A stretch of 63,715 nt of DNA, filler included, from Stramenopiles sp. TOSAG23-2 (taxonomy: Eukaryota), in the NCBI GenBank assembly GCA_900128395.1. It is 11 parts of 11 records of this genome, joined end to end, with 100 filler letters (N's around TTAATTAATTAA, not from the genome) between each part and the next. Parts side by side here need not be neighbours in the genome. Positions count along the whole stretch, not along the records: positions 44,576 to 51,885 come from LT650336.1; positions 51,986 to 59,292 come from LT650337.1; 9 more parts are not named here. One strand, 5' to 3'. The notes under the pieces are model-generated. The model was given only the letters and a program-made list of their open reading frames with translations, had not been told where the DNA came from and made no database searches. The stretch's first letter is position 1, and the number at the start of each line of letters is the position of its first letter. Made by a program: the position numbers and the translations under genes. This document shows, in pieces, positions 46,700-57,900 of the stretch.

Positions 46700-46925
46700 C
46701 TCAGGACAGTCTAAGTCGGAAAGCTGGAAGAAAGCCTGGAAAGCTGGAAAGCTGGAAAAAGCTGGAACGTTGTAGTTGCTTTGCCAGCCTGGCCAGCGGG
46801 CCAGGCTTGCCAGCTTGCCTGGCTTGCCCGTTAATTATTACGATCCTGGCTTGCACTTTTGTGCATGGTAATGGCTTGCTGGCTTGCCAGGCTTGCACTT
46901 TTGTGCATGCCTGGCATGCAAGAAA
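46700..46925. promoter_or_regulatory. CWG/CCWGG-rich tract between divergent genes (putative bidirectional promoter)
   Basis: Repeats of GGAAAGCTGG, CCTGG/CCAGG and GGCTTGC in otherwise very AT-rich DNA; function is inferred from position only. Confidence 0.5.
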
Positions 46926-47168
46926 TCCTCAGTGGTGGTGGTAGCTCTACTACTAACAACTACAGCAGCAGCAGCATTTTTTTATTTTTTTTTTTTTTTA
47001 TTTTTTTTTACAACAATTATTATATTGCACAATTTAAATTCTGATATAATTACTTATCGTCTACTGTAATATTAATATGACAACCATACTAGTATATGAT
47101 CTAAATCGTTCGTATAGTTTAGAATTAGTAAAAGACCGTTGTTTATAATTTCACATTACTATTTTCCC

Positions 47169-47924
47169 ATGTTTAAGTCTCTTTACTATTTTATTGTGGT
47201 AATATATACTGCTCTTTGTATTTATGTAGTTTCAGGATATTCCAACCCTAATTATCCTCACATTGGGAGGCAGTGTCCATGTTTTTGCTCGATAAGAAGT
47301 GGTGATAGCTCGTCTCCGTATTGGGATAATCAATTTGGTGGTGAGATTGACGAAGCAACGTGCAATACAACGACTTGTCTAGATGCAAATAAATACGCGG
47401 ATTATATGCCGTTTTGCAGAGAGGTTATTACATATAAATTTTGCCCGAGGCAGTTTGATAATAGATATTTAGATTTGCAAGGTGTGGAGTTAATCTCAAG
47501 TTTAGATACGCACGCTAGAACTTGCCATACGGAAAGTATGGCGGATCCAGATAAAAAACTAAGAAAAGGAAGTGAGGAAGATCATGAAAAATGTAAACAA
47601 AATGTTCGAAAAGGGGCTTGCTATATTGTATTTCCAGGTTGTGCTACTGGCAAAGTACAACCTCTAGGGGTCTGTACAAGTTTTTGTAAGGAAGAACGAG
47701 AAAGCTGTAGAGCTGAGAACTCTTTCGTAGGTGACCAACGTGCAATATCGGAAAGTTGTAGTGAATCACCATGGGTTGTCAATGCCAGATGGAAAGATGG
47801 AGTGTGGACAGTTGATGATGGTTCAAATAATATTTGCATTGGATCTGGGATCTCCGTATCTGAAAATATGAGTGTTGTTGTATTTGTTATGTTAAGTCTA
47901 GTTTCAATGTGGCTGATAGTATAA
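47169..47924 (+). CDS. Secreted or membrane-anchored Cys-rich protein with Frizzled-like CRD
   Basis: Signal peptide; C......GAC...FP.C.......VC.SFC......C; hydrophobic C-terminus (TM or GPI signal). Confidence 0.6.
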   Translation: MFKSLYYFIVVIYTALCIYVVSGYSNPNYPHIGRQCPCFCSIRSGDSSSPYWDNQFGGEIDEATCNTTTCLDANKYADYMPFCREVITYKFCPRQFDNRYLDLQGVELISSLDTHARTCHTESMADPDKKLRKGSEEDHEKCKQNVRKGACYIVFPGCATGKVQPLGVCTSFCKEERESCRAENSFVGDQRAISESCSESPWVVNARWKDGVWTVDDGSNNICIGSGISVSENMSVVVFVMLSLVSMWLIV

Positions 47925-48051
47925 AAGCATATCATGTCATATATCATTTAATATATATATATCGGAGACTATGATATATAAATTATTTTTATTTTTAAAA
48001 AATATATCATATTAATTATAATATTGGATATTTTATGAATATATTACATGA

Positions 48052-48256
48052 TGGTTAAAATCAAAAAGTTATAATAATTTTACACTTCCCGTGCTAAGTA
48101 ATATGCTCAATACTCAATCGCAAGAATAATATTCTATCCTGCTATAGTAAAGCTCTAATACACCTCTGCAAACTATATACTCTATAAGCATGAGTAGGAT
48201 TCTATCCTTCCATGCGCACTCGTTGAACGCGCTGGACGTCGGGGTCATTCGAAAAC
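48052..48256 (-). repeat. Dispersed ~205-215-bp non-coding element (inverted relative to 54333-54547)
   Basis: Reverse complement aligns end to end with 54333-54547; partial copies at 54691-54862, 6097-6182 and 20312-20332. Confidence 0.9.
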
Positions 48257-48970
48257 GGTGAGGTTGTCGAAGAAAAAGATCCTGCTGTGAACAACAACCG
48301 GTAACTATCCGGATTTTTATAATATATATTTATTAATATCATAAATATATTATGGCATATTAAATACGAAATATATTTTAATAAATATCAATATTACGTA
48401 CGAAGTATATAGGTACGCGTATTTTAATTTTTATTTCTACTCGTGTGATAATTCCTACTGCCAAAAGAAAAATTTAACCAAGCCAGTATTAATTATCTAT
48501 CTCATAATATGTACCAATAACTCCCGAAACTGGATTTACCGATGAGGTAAAATAGATGTTATCAACCTTATTTTAAAATAAATTATATATAATTTTCTCT
48601 TACTCATATATTATATAAATTTCTTTTACTCCCGGAAAAAAAATTATATTATATATATATATATATGATATGAGTAAGAGAACATTTTATATATATATCA
48701 TATGCATATTATTATCGTGTAATTTTTTAAATTTACTCGCACATCATGATAATATTCCTACTCTACGAAAAATAAATTCGGACAAATACATCAGCCAAGA
48801 ATTAAATGTTATCTCTAGATCTCACTGAAATCGAAGACCGGTTATATATATATACATGAGTAAGAGAACATTTTATATATAATAATATAAATTATGCGTA
48901 AATTATATTACGTATATAATATTATATCATTCGTATGCCACTACTAACATATATTATCATATTTCATTAT

Positions 48971-51576
48971 TCAAATATTACTCTTATTAAACATCCCTTT
49001 TGCAGACATTTCAGCTGCTAAATTAAATGCAATCTCTTTATTGCTTATAACTAATGCTGTTCCATCGTTGTGCAATACAGATCCATCTAGAGTGGTTAAC
49101 TCAAAGGATAACAAACACTTAACCACTTTCCCATCGCTTGATTTTGTAATACTATCTACTTTTGTTTCAATTTTCATAGTTGTGTTCAACATGACGTGTT
49201 TTCTATAATTTACAGTAAGATTTGCCGTAACAGAAAGAATACCATTTTTGCTAGCCCCATTACCACCTCCAGCTTCATCTATTCTTTTAGACAGCTCATC
49301 TGCATTCAGAGCATCCTTTTTTGTTTGAGCCCAAATAAATAATGTCTCATCAATTGCTGCTGCAATTGCACCGCCATGTGCCAGGTTACCGGCGCCTTCA
49401 GCGGTCCATAAAAATTTAACAAAACTAGTTGTAACCTTTGTTCTTTCATTAAAAAATGTTACATGAAACATCTTCCCATCTAATGCACCTATTAGAATAT
49501 GTTTCTGTTGTTCCTGTGGATTACCTGTGTAACCATTACTATTACCTTGTGAAGCTTGATAACAATTTACATCAGTCAACAAATCATCAATGGAAGCTTT
49601 AATTTCTGTTTTGATCCAATTTTCTCGTTCTATCGACGCATGCGGCAATAATGTGTAAAGAGCTCCATCTGATCCTTTGTATGGAATCAAATTATTTTCT
49701 CGTACAACTTGTACTTTCTTAATCATTATTTCCATTTCATGTTGTTTATTACTTTTCATCATAGTTTCATGACTGTTGAAATAATTATCATTATTATCAT
49801 TGTAAAATTGCAACTTTCCTAGTGATGGACGTATAAATAGTGCCTTTCCCACAGCAATTACATCACCTTTTAAAGTTTGCAAGTGACCTCTTACATGAAA
49901 TTTTTTCGATTTACCACTGCCTTTATCTTCTACATTTTCAATTTTTCCAACACATTTTAGCGTTTGTAATAATGGACATTTTAATCGCAAATCAACTGAT
50001 AAATTTGCTGTATATGCTACCTCAGTAGTTCCAACTGCAATTCCTAATAGCTCGTCAATTGCTGTAAATACCATTCCCCCATGAGCCGCATCTTTCGGTC
50101 CTTGTGCATTTGATAAGAAATACACAAAGCTGGTTGCTATATTTTCTGTTGTATTGACGAAAGCAATGGTAAAGCATTTACCACTTAAATATTGTATCCC
50201 ATGGGATGGGGGCTCACCGGTCAATAAATAATGTGATTCCAATGATTGGTCAATTGTATGAGTAAAATCAAACATTTTCCACTCTTTGTCATTTACATAT
50301 GGTTCTATTATATTTTTAATATCCTCTAGCCATTTCATTGCTATCGGTGAACATTGATCTACAGTCAATGGTAATGTACTATCCGTATTTATTTTTTGCA
50401 TGTTGATGGCATAATTTTCCTTCAAGCGTTGAAGGCATAGTTGCTCTAACTCATGTGCAACACCATAATTTTGACATTGATATTTTGTTATTGATTTAGC
50501 AGATTCATAAACTTTTTGATATGATCCACGAAGAGCGTATGAATATTTAGACCATTGTAGCATTTGATAATCATTGGAATCGTTACCAAATGTACAAACA
50601 TTTTCATATGTTACATCCATGTTATGGCTACCAATACTACTGCTATTGCTATTACTATTACCAGTAGTAGTTAATTCCTTGGCACACAATTTGTTTAAAC
50701 CAATTGCTTTATTAATGTTTATACTATCGAGTTGCATGATATTTTTACCAGCACTCAGTTGAAAAGATTGATTTAATTGTTTGAACTCTTTTTTTCTTGA
50801 AAATTTATCAGTTAATTGAATCCAATCTGGCACTTCGTCTGGCCTATAAATCCAACCATGTAACACAAGCGCATTTACATCGTATTTGTCGGAATAATTC
50901 GTTATTAAATCATTTAAAAACAATTCAAGTGAATTAACTATGGTAACATGTGGATACCTGCGAAGCGTAGCGTATGAATGAGTGATGTGTTAGAAAGGAT
51001 ATCCTTTGTAGGTTTAAAGGAATAGAATTTTACTTACCATGTATTTGTTTGACCATATGCTTTCCATGCCCAGTCGGCATGCCACGCATCACGTATGTAA
51101 TACGTATTAGAAGATGATCCATTACTGCTGATTCCAAAGATGGTGCCGCCTTTATTTTTTACATGCTGTTTTATAATATCATATCCATTTGCTACAACAA
51201 ATGTAAAAGTGATTCGAGAATCAATTGATCGTAAAGTTTGGACCAATGTTAATAAATCCTTAGCATTTAATCCACTGCCTTCTTCTAATGTGTTAATAAT
51301 GCCTCTATTGGTGTTCATCAAATCAATTGTATGCTTTCCGTTTGAACAAATACCATAAGAAAATAGATGTTTTGGAAACCTTGTTGAAAATTCATAAACC
51401 TCTGGAACAGAACGGCCTGTTGCAATTGCAAGTGTACAAGGATGAAATACGATTTTTAATTTTATTAAAGCTTTTATTAAACGTGTCGTTGGTTCATCAC
51501 TCTTTGCGCTACCATCTTCAGGTATTAACGTACCGTCTATATCAAATGCGAACAATTTAATATTTAAAAACTCCAT
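48971..51576 (-). CDS. Cof-type HAD phosphatase fused to two hotdog-fold (THEM4/PaaI-like) thioesterase domains; join(51576..51038,50957..48971)
   Basis: FDIDGTL, ATGR, NKAIGL, FGNDSND; then GPKDAAHGG....IDE and GAGNLAHGGAIAAAIDE. An 80-nt intron (GTAAGT at 51037, CTAAC, CAG at 50958) joins the two ORFs in frame (...NTW-YPHVTIVNSLELFLN). Confidence 0.85.
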
Positions 51577-52249
51577 GATATTACAATATGAAAACGTATG
51601 ACTTATGTATTTACTTTCTTGGATTGAATGGATGAACGAATCGAATTAACTTTTTTTAGGTCTTCATCTGTTCCTTTTTGTGTTCCTCTTGTTTTTGGTT
51701 ATTGGTTTATGTCATATATATATTAATCCCAGTCCAATATGTACCTACTCAGTCTAACAACTGCTGGAGAGTAGCGGATCCTACTCTGGTCCAGAACGCC
51801 AACATCCATTATGAATAGTGTTCATGAAATCAATTTGATGAAAAATGAAAATCCGAGAATCATGATTTCATGCCCAAAATTCCAGNNNNNNNNNNNNNNN
51901 NNNNNNNNNNNNNNNNNNNNNNNNNNNNNTTAATTAATTAANNNNNNNNNNNNNNNNNNNNNNNNNNNNNNNNNNNNNNNNNNNNGATTTTACACCTATC
52001 CAAAAATCTGGTGAATTCCAGAAACAGCGCTTGTATGAATCCTATAGATTAAGTTGCACCAATTTGTTGCAATTGCACATTTCCAGATTTCATCATTGCA
52101 ACCATAACCATTATTTCAATCAATTTTATTAATTTTTAATTTGTAAATGTATACCTGGTAAATGAGAAGATGAATAAAGTGTATATATATGTAAAGGTAT
52201 CATATATATTTGAAAGGTATATAGATCTAGTGAGAGAATAGATCGAAAA

Positions 52250-53173
52250 ATGATGATGATATTAAATACAAGAATTGGAAGGACGATCTTATTTTATCTC
52301 TGTTGTATTGTTGTCATACAAGCAAAAAAAATTAATAATATATTTTTTGGCTTTTATGATGATCCTGATGGTGACGCTGTTGCAACCGCTGGTGCAAATG
52401 TGATAATCACTGAAAAAATCAATACTATAACAAAAAAAATCGATGGAATCCAACCTGTTGTGTTTTTTAGAACTGAAAATACATTTTTAAAACATATTGG
52501 AACAGGAAAAATGAGAATTCCAAATCCTAATTGGAAAGAAGAATGGGAAAAATTACGTATCCAATTAAACCCTTTTGTAAAGAATAAAACAATTGCAGGA
52601 TTTTTTTTAGGAGATGAGTTATTATGTGCATGTGTAACATTAGAGTTCATTGAAGTGATGGCAAAGACTGTAGTTGAAGCGTATCCAAACACGAATATTT
52701 GGTATAATGAAGGAAGTGGTGAAGTTGTGAAACCAAGCAAATGTACAAATGCAACTCAATTTTTTATACCTTCCCATGTGTCTCTATTTTCAACTGATAT
52801 ATATCATTATAGTTACGAACCTGGATGGGTTAGCACAACTATTAAGAAATATTATAATTCATACATATTTCCTCTCCTTGATCCAACTACACAACAAGCT
52901 GCATTTGTACCTGGATCATTTTCTAGCACAACTGGTGGACCAAAGGATCAACCTTGTAATTCTACATGTTATCGTGAAATGATCATGCAAGATGCTGAAG
53001 AATATTTCAAATGGGCTAAAGAAGATACAAGGATTGGAGGTATTTTTCCATGGCATTGGCAAAGTTGTAAAACTAACCCTGATTGTGTAAAACATTTTGA
53101 TGAAGTCGGAACTGTAGATATGCCAGAAGTCATTGCAAAATGGAAAGATCTTGCAACAGACAATATTATTTGA
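52250..53173 (+). CDS. Secreted protein, possibly glycoside-hydrolase-like TIM barrel
   Basis: Signal peptide; IAGFFLGDEL, WYNE, STDIYH, GIFPWHW. Confidence 0.5.
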   Translation: MMMILNTRIGRTILFYLCCIVVIQAKKINNIFFGFYDDPDGDAVATAGANVIITEKINTITKKIDGIQPVVFFRTENTFLKHIGTGKMRIPNPNWKEEWEKLRIQLNPFVKNKTIAGFFLGDELLCACVTLEFIEVMAKTVVEAYPNTNIWYNEGSGEVVKPSKCTNATQFFIPSHVSLFSTDIYHYSYEPGWVSTTIKKYYNSYIFPLLDPTTQQAAFVPGSFSSTTGGPKDQPCNSTCYREMIMQDAEEYFKWAKEDTRIGGIFPWHWQSCKTNPDCVKHFDEVGTVDMPEVIAKWKDLATDNII

Positions 53174-53615
53174 TATTCGTATATTATAAAATACGATTCG
53201 TATAAGAAATGCGTTTGTTGATATAAAGATGCTACGAAATAGATATAACATAAAGAAATATTTCCTCTTTTCTTTTACATGTGCTTTATTGCTGTACAAA
53301 TATTTTTTTCTCATCTCTATTATACCAAGTATTTCTTCTTCTTCTTTTATTTATTATTATATATATATGTTATATGCCTGGTATGCTTATTATTAAAAAA
53401 AAATGATGTGCACAGTTAATAATGTTATTTAATGGTAATTATTACTAATACACATGTTGTTTAAAAGATCATAGACAGAGAGAGATAAGTGTCATATATA
53501 TACACATATATATATAGAAATTGTATAATTATATATAATAGTTAGGTGAGGAAGTTATTATCAATTGTTTATTGTTTTTGTTCTATTTTCATTGTTTGGG
53601 GCATAGTGTTTAAAT

Positions 53616-54218
53616 ATGTACACACACCACCATGTAAAAAACCAACATCCTCACCATCATCATCATAAAAGAAATAAATCGATACCACTAATTATTTCTT
53701 TCATCTGCGGTATGTGTTTTTTTGCTGTTTCTCAATATACAACCACATTCATCACGTCTTCTCAAAATTCAAAATTACGTGGTTCTGCATCAGGGGACGA
53801 TTTTTTTACCAGTCGAGTACCCGCAAAAGAAGAGTTAGGCAGGGCTGGATGGACTATATTACATCGAATTTCATCTAAATTTTCAAAAGAACCAGATAAT
53901 GAAGAGACAAAAAATATGAAACAATTTTTAACTTTATTTGCTAAATTATACCCGTGTCCTGACTGTGCAAAACATTTTCAACAATACATCGAAAAACACC
54001 CTCCTGCTCTTGGTAGTAATGAAGGGCTTATGAAATGGATGTGTAAAGCTCATAATGAAGTTAATGAAAGAAATAACAAAGACATATTTCCATGCAAAAT
54101 GGATGATTTAATTACAAGATGGGGTGCTTGTGGATGTGATGAAGATGAATCTGTTACTATTTCCAAAATTTTAGAACGTAGACGAAGAAGTAGAGAACAA
54201 AAAAATAATATATATTAA
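53616..54218 (+). CDS. Erv1/ALR-family FAD sulfhydryl oxidase, Erv2-like architecture
   Basis: ELGRAGWTILH, YPCPDCAKHF, WMCKAHNEVN; N-terminal TM and C-terminal CGC. Confidence 0.9.
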   Translation: MYTHHHVKNQHPHHHHHKRNKSIPLIISFICGMCFFAVSQYTTTFITSSQNSKLRGSASGDDFFTSRVPAKEELGRAGWTILHRISSKFSKEPDNEETKNMKQFLTLFAKLYPCPDCAKHFQQYIEKHPPALGSNEGLMKWMCKAHNEVNERNNKDIFPCKMDDLITRWGACGCDEDESVTISKILERRRRSREQKNNIY

Positions 54219-54332
54219 TATATATTCCCCCCAGGGTAGGTAATTATTCACGTATAAAACGAGATAATATCTTAATAATTTAACTATGATCTAATATATA
54301 TATGTTGCATATATATATATATATATATATAT

Positions 54333-54547
54333 GTTTTCGAATGAACCCGACGTCCAGCGCGATTAACGAGTGCGCACGGAAGGATAGAAACCTACTCATG
54401 CTTGTAGAGTATTAGTTTGCAGAGGGTGCATTAAGAGCTTTACTATTACGACTCGTAGTGTAGGATAGAGTCTTATTTCTTGCGATTGAGTATTGGGCAT
54501 ATTACTTAGCACGGGAAGTAAATTTATTATAACTTAGATTTTAACCA
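54333..54547 (+). repeat. Dispersed ~215-bp non-coding element; 5'-truncated variant at 54691-54862
   Basis: GTTTTCGAATGAACCCGACGTCCAGCGCG...CACGGGAAGTAAA...TTATAACTTAGATTTTAACCA. Confidence 0.9.
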
Positions 54548-54973
54548 CTCAATTTATATATATATAATTACGAGAATATATCTAGACGTAAAATTAATAT
54601 CATATATGCATAGTATTAAAAATATACGTGTGTATTATTATGTGAAAAATGTTTTCAAATCATCTAGATTCAATGCTCTACTTTTTTTTAAACGAGTGCG
54701 CACGGAAGGATAGAAACCTACTCATGCTTGTAGAGTATTAGTTTGCAGAGGTGCATTAGAGCTTTACTATAGAGTGTAGGATAGAGTCTTATTCTTGCGA
54801 TTGAGTAATGAACATATTACTTAGCACGGGAAGTAAAATTATTATAACTTAGATTTTAAACACTCTATTATATACGAAGTACGATGTGAATATATTACGA
54901 GAATATATACGACGTACGTACTCTTCGTAATTAATATTTTAGTATTAAAGATATTACGTGTGTATTTTATTTA

Positions 54974-57900
54974 TTATGTGAAAAATGTTTTCAAATCATC
55001 TAGATTCAATGCTCTACTTTTTTTTGAATTGCCCATACTACTTCCCTCCAACAATAATGCCTTTGATAATTTCTTTTTTTTCTCATGAATTTTAATCATT
55101 TTTGTCTCGCAACTTCCTTCAACAATAAATCTATACACTTCTACATCTCGCGTTTGCCCAATCCTATGGCACCTATTGATAGCTTGATCTTCCACAGCGG
55201 GGTTCCACCACAAATCCATTAGCATCACCAATGAGGCACATGTTAAATTTAATCCTAGTCCACCAGCTTTTAAACTCATTACCATAATTTGTATATGATC
55301 TTCCTCTTTAAATTCTTGTACAGCTTTTTCACGTTTAGCTTGTGACATGCTTCCATCTAATCGAACGAAGTTGAAATTTTCCTTTTTTAAAACAATACTT
55401 ATTAAATCAAGCATGTATGTCCATTGAGTAAATATCACAGCTTTTTTATGTTTTGCTATTTTTTTCAATACAGTGCTTTGAACGACCTTATTTGAAGGTG
55501 CAGATGAAGTTCCTGGAGAATTGGATTCGCTTTTGATGACATTAATATCATGATACAAGCTTTTAGCTTTATCAATAACATTTAACCCTAAACCATTGTT
55601 TGCACTTCTACTACCATCTACACTCCCTGCAGGGACTATTATGTTATCCCGTAAAATAGTTACCATGGCATCTAATTTCGCACTGCGGACAGCTTTACCA
55701 TTATTTTGCAAATCATGCATTGTTGGTGCAGCTGTAGCATCAACGGAATCGTTGATTGGTACTACATTTTTCATATCAACCTTTGCCCTACATACAGGGC
55801 ATTTTGCACCGCCGAAATATTGTAATGATCCAAATAAACATTCTCTACACAACAAATGTCCACAAGGTGTTAGAACGCCGTTGTCAGGTGGATCTAAGCA
55901 TACTGGGCATTCCATTTTAGATACACCATCTTTTTCTAATTCATTAAATAAATTACGTATAAATTCCGGCTGAGTAGATAATGCAGAGGACATCTTATTG
56001 TTATTATCCAATACACTGCTAGATGAACTGCCATCACTATTATTTATATCATCGCTTTCGATTTTATTATTGTTACTACTACTACTACTACCACACCTAC
56101 TACTATTACCATTGTTCCCTACTGTTGATGTACTGGATAGAAAACGACGATATAATTTACCAACATATTTTTTTTTGTTTTCATTAACACTACCATCACC
56201 GGAATTTTTTCCCAAAACCAAAAAAGGGTGATCACAGGCTTGTCTTAAACGTAATAATAAGGTCAATATGGTTGCATAGTTATTTGCCAACGTGCCAGAG
56301 GCAACGTAGCCATCAAATTCAGCTTTACTTCTTTGAAATAATGATTGGTAAAATTCATTTTCTGCTTTTGAGAATTGTACTTGATGCAAATAAATGGAAC
56401 GTTTTGGCAAGGTAACAATGGCTTTGCCAGTTGTTTTATCCACCGTATCTTTCGTGCGTCTTAAAATAATCGGACCTAATACAGCACGTAAACGCTCTTT
56501 TGCTTTTTCATCACCATCATCAAATGGTTTTTTTATCACTCTGTTCCACCATAATGGAACAGACCATGGTTGGTGGTTTAAAAATTTTATTAACGAGTAC
56601 AAGTCTTGGATACCATTTTGCATGGGAGTACCTGTTACACACCATCTTCGCGTGGCATTGATACGGTTGCATCCTTGCGCTACGAGGGTTGAGCGATTTT
56701 TAATCGTATGTGCTTCATCTAATACTACGCGACGCCACTTTATTAAAAGTAATGGACATTGGAGTGAGGTAGTACTTGTAGCATTTGTTGCATTGGACAA
56801 CCTCTGTGCTTCATATGATAATGTACCATACGTAGTTAAAACTACGTCAAATTGTTTCAAGCGATTAACGTGTATATCTTTGTCATTACTATAATAAGTG
56901 TAATACGATAAGTCTTTTACATGATTTTTGATTTCGTTGCCCCATTGCGCTAATACAGACATTGGGAGTACGATTAAAGTTTGCGTTCTTTTTGAATCAT
57001 TCTCTTCTTCCTCCTCTTCTTCGTTATCTTTATTATCAGTTTCGTTCGTGTTTTGCTTAGAATTTCCATCAGCATCCTCATCATCATCACTATCATAATT
57101 TCTTGAATTTATATGTTTTAAATTGTCTTCCTTATCCTTTGCAATCAATGATAAGACTTCAATCGTTTTACCCATTCCCATTTCATCTGCCAAAATACCA
57201 CCTCGGCATTCTTGTATGGTTGGTGGCTTTTTAATTTGTACAGTTTGGCTATATGGGTTTATATAAATCGATATATGTTGTGCGTCTTGATCTTGGAAGC
57301 GACATTCAAGCCATAGAGGATGGACATTTAAAAGTTCTTGTGTTTTTGATTGTGATTTGTGTTGATTGAAAGATGGATTTTGCATTTCATATGTCGGTGA
57401 CTTAATTACTTCACGATCCGTCATCCATGACAATGCATCTTGTTGATAGGGTCGCAATGTTACATTTAATGATTTACTAGGTTCGACTGTATGAATATTA
57501 TTCATTATATCAATAAAATCATCATCTCCATTCCCAGTATTTATCAGTGTTTCTTCTAATAACAAATCAACTTGTGAATTAGAGGCACCATCCTCCTCCT
57601 CCTCTTCTGATCTGCTACGGCTATTATTATTGTTGTTGTTGTTGTTGTTATTATTATTATTATTACCATCCAGTGAATGGACCACGATATCTTCATCATC
57701 TCCATCAGAGCTACTATTTGCTTTGTCGCTAAGATCTTCTGCATTACTATCTGTATCCGTATTGCTGCTACTGCTACGATTGTTTCCAGCTAAACCTTTA
57801 CATGTTGCACTTACGATAGGAAATATCCAACGGGCTAATTTAAAAACTGCTTTTCTTAATATTGTACATTCCTCTATAATTGGGCTGGGAGCTTCGGAAA

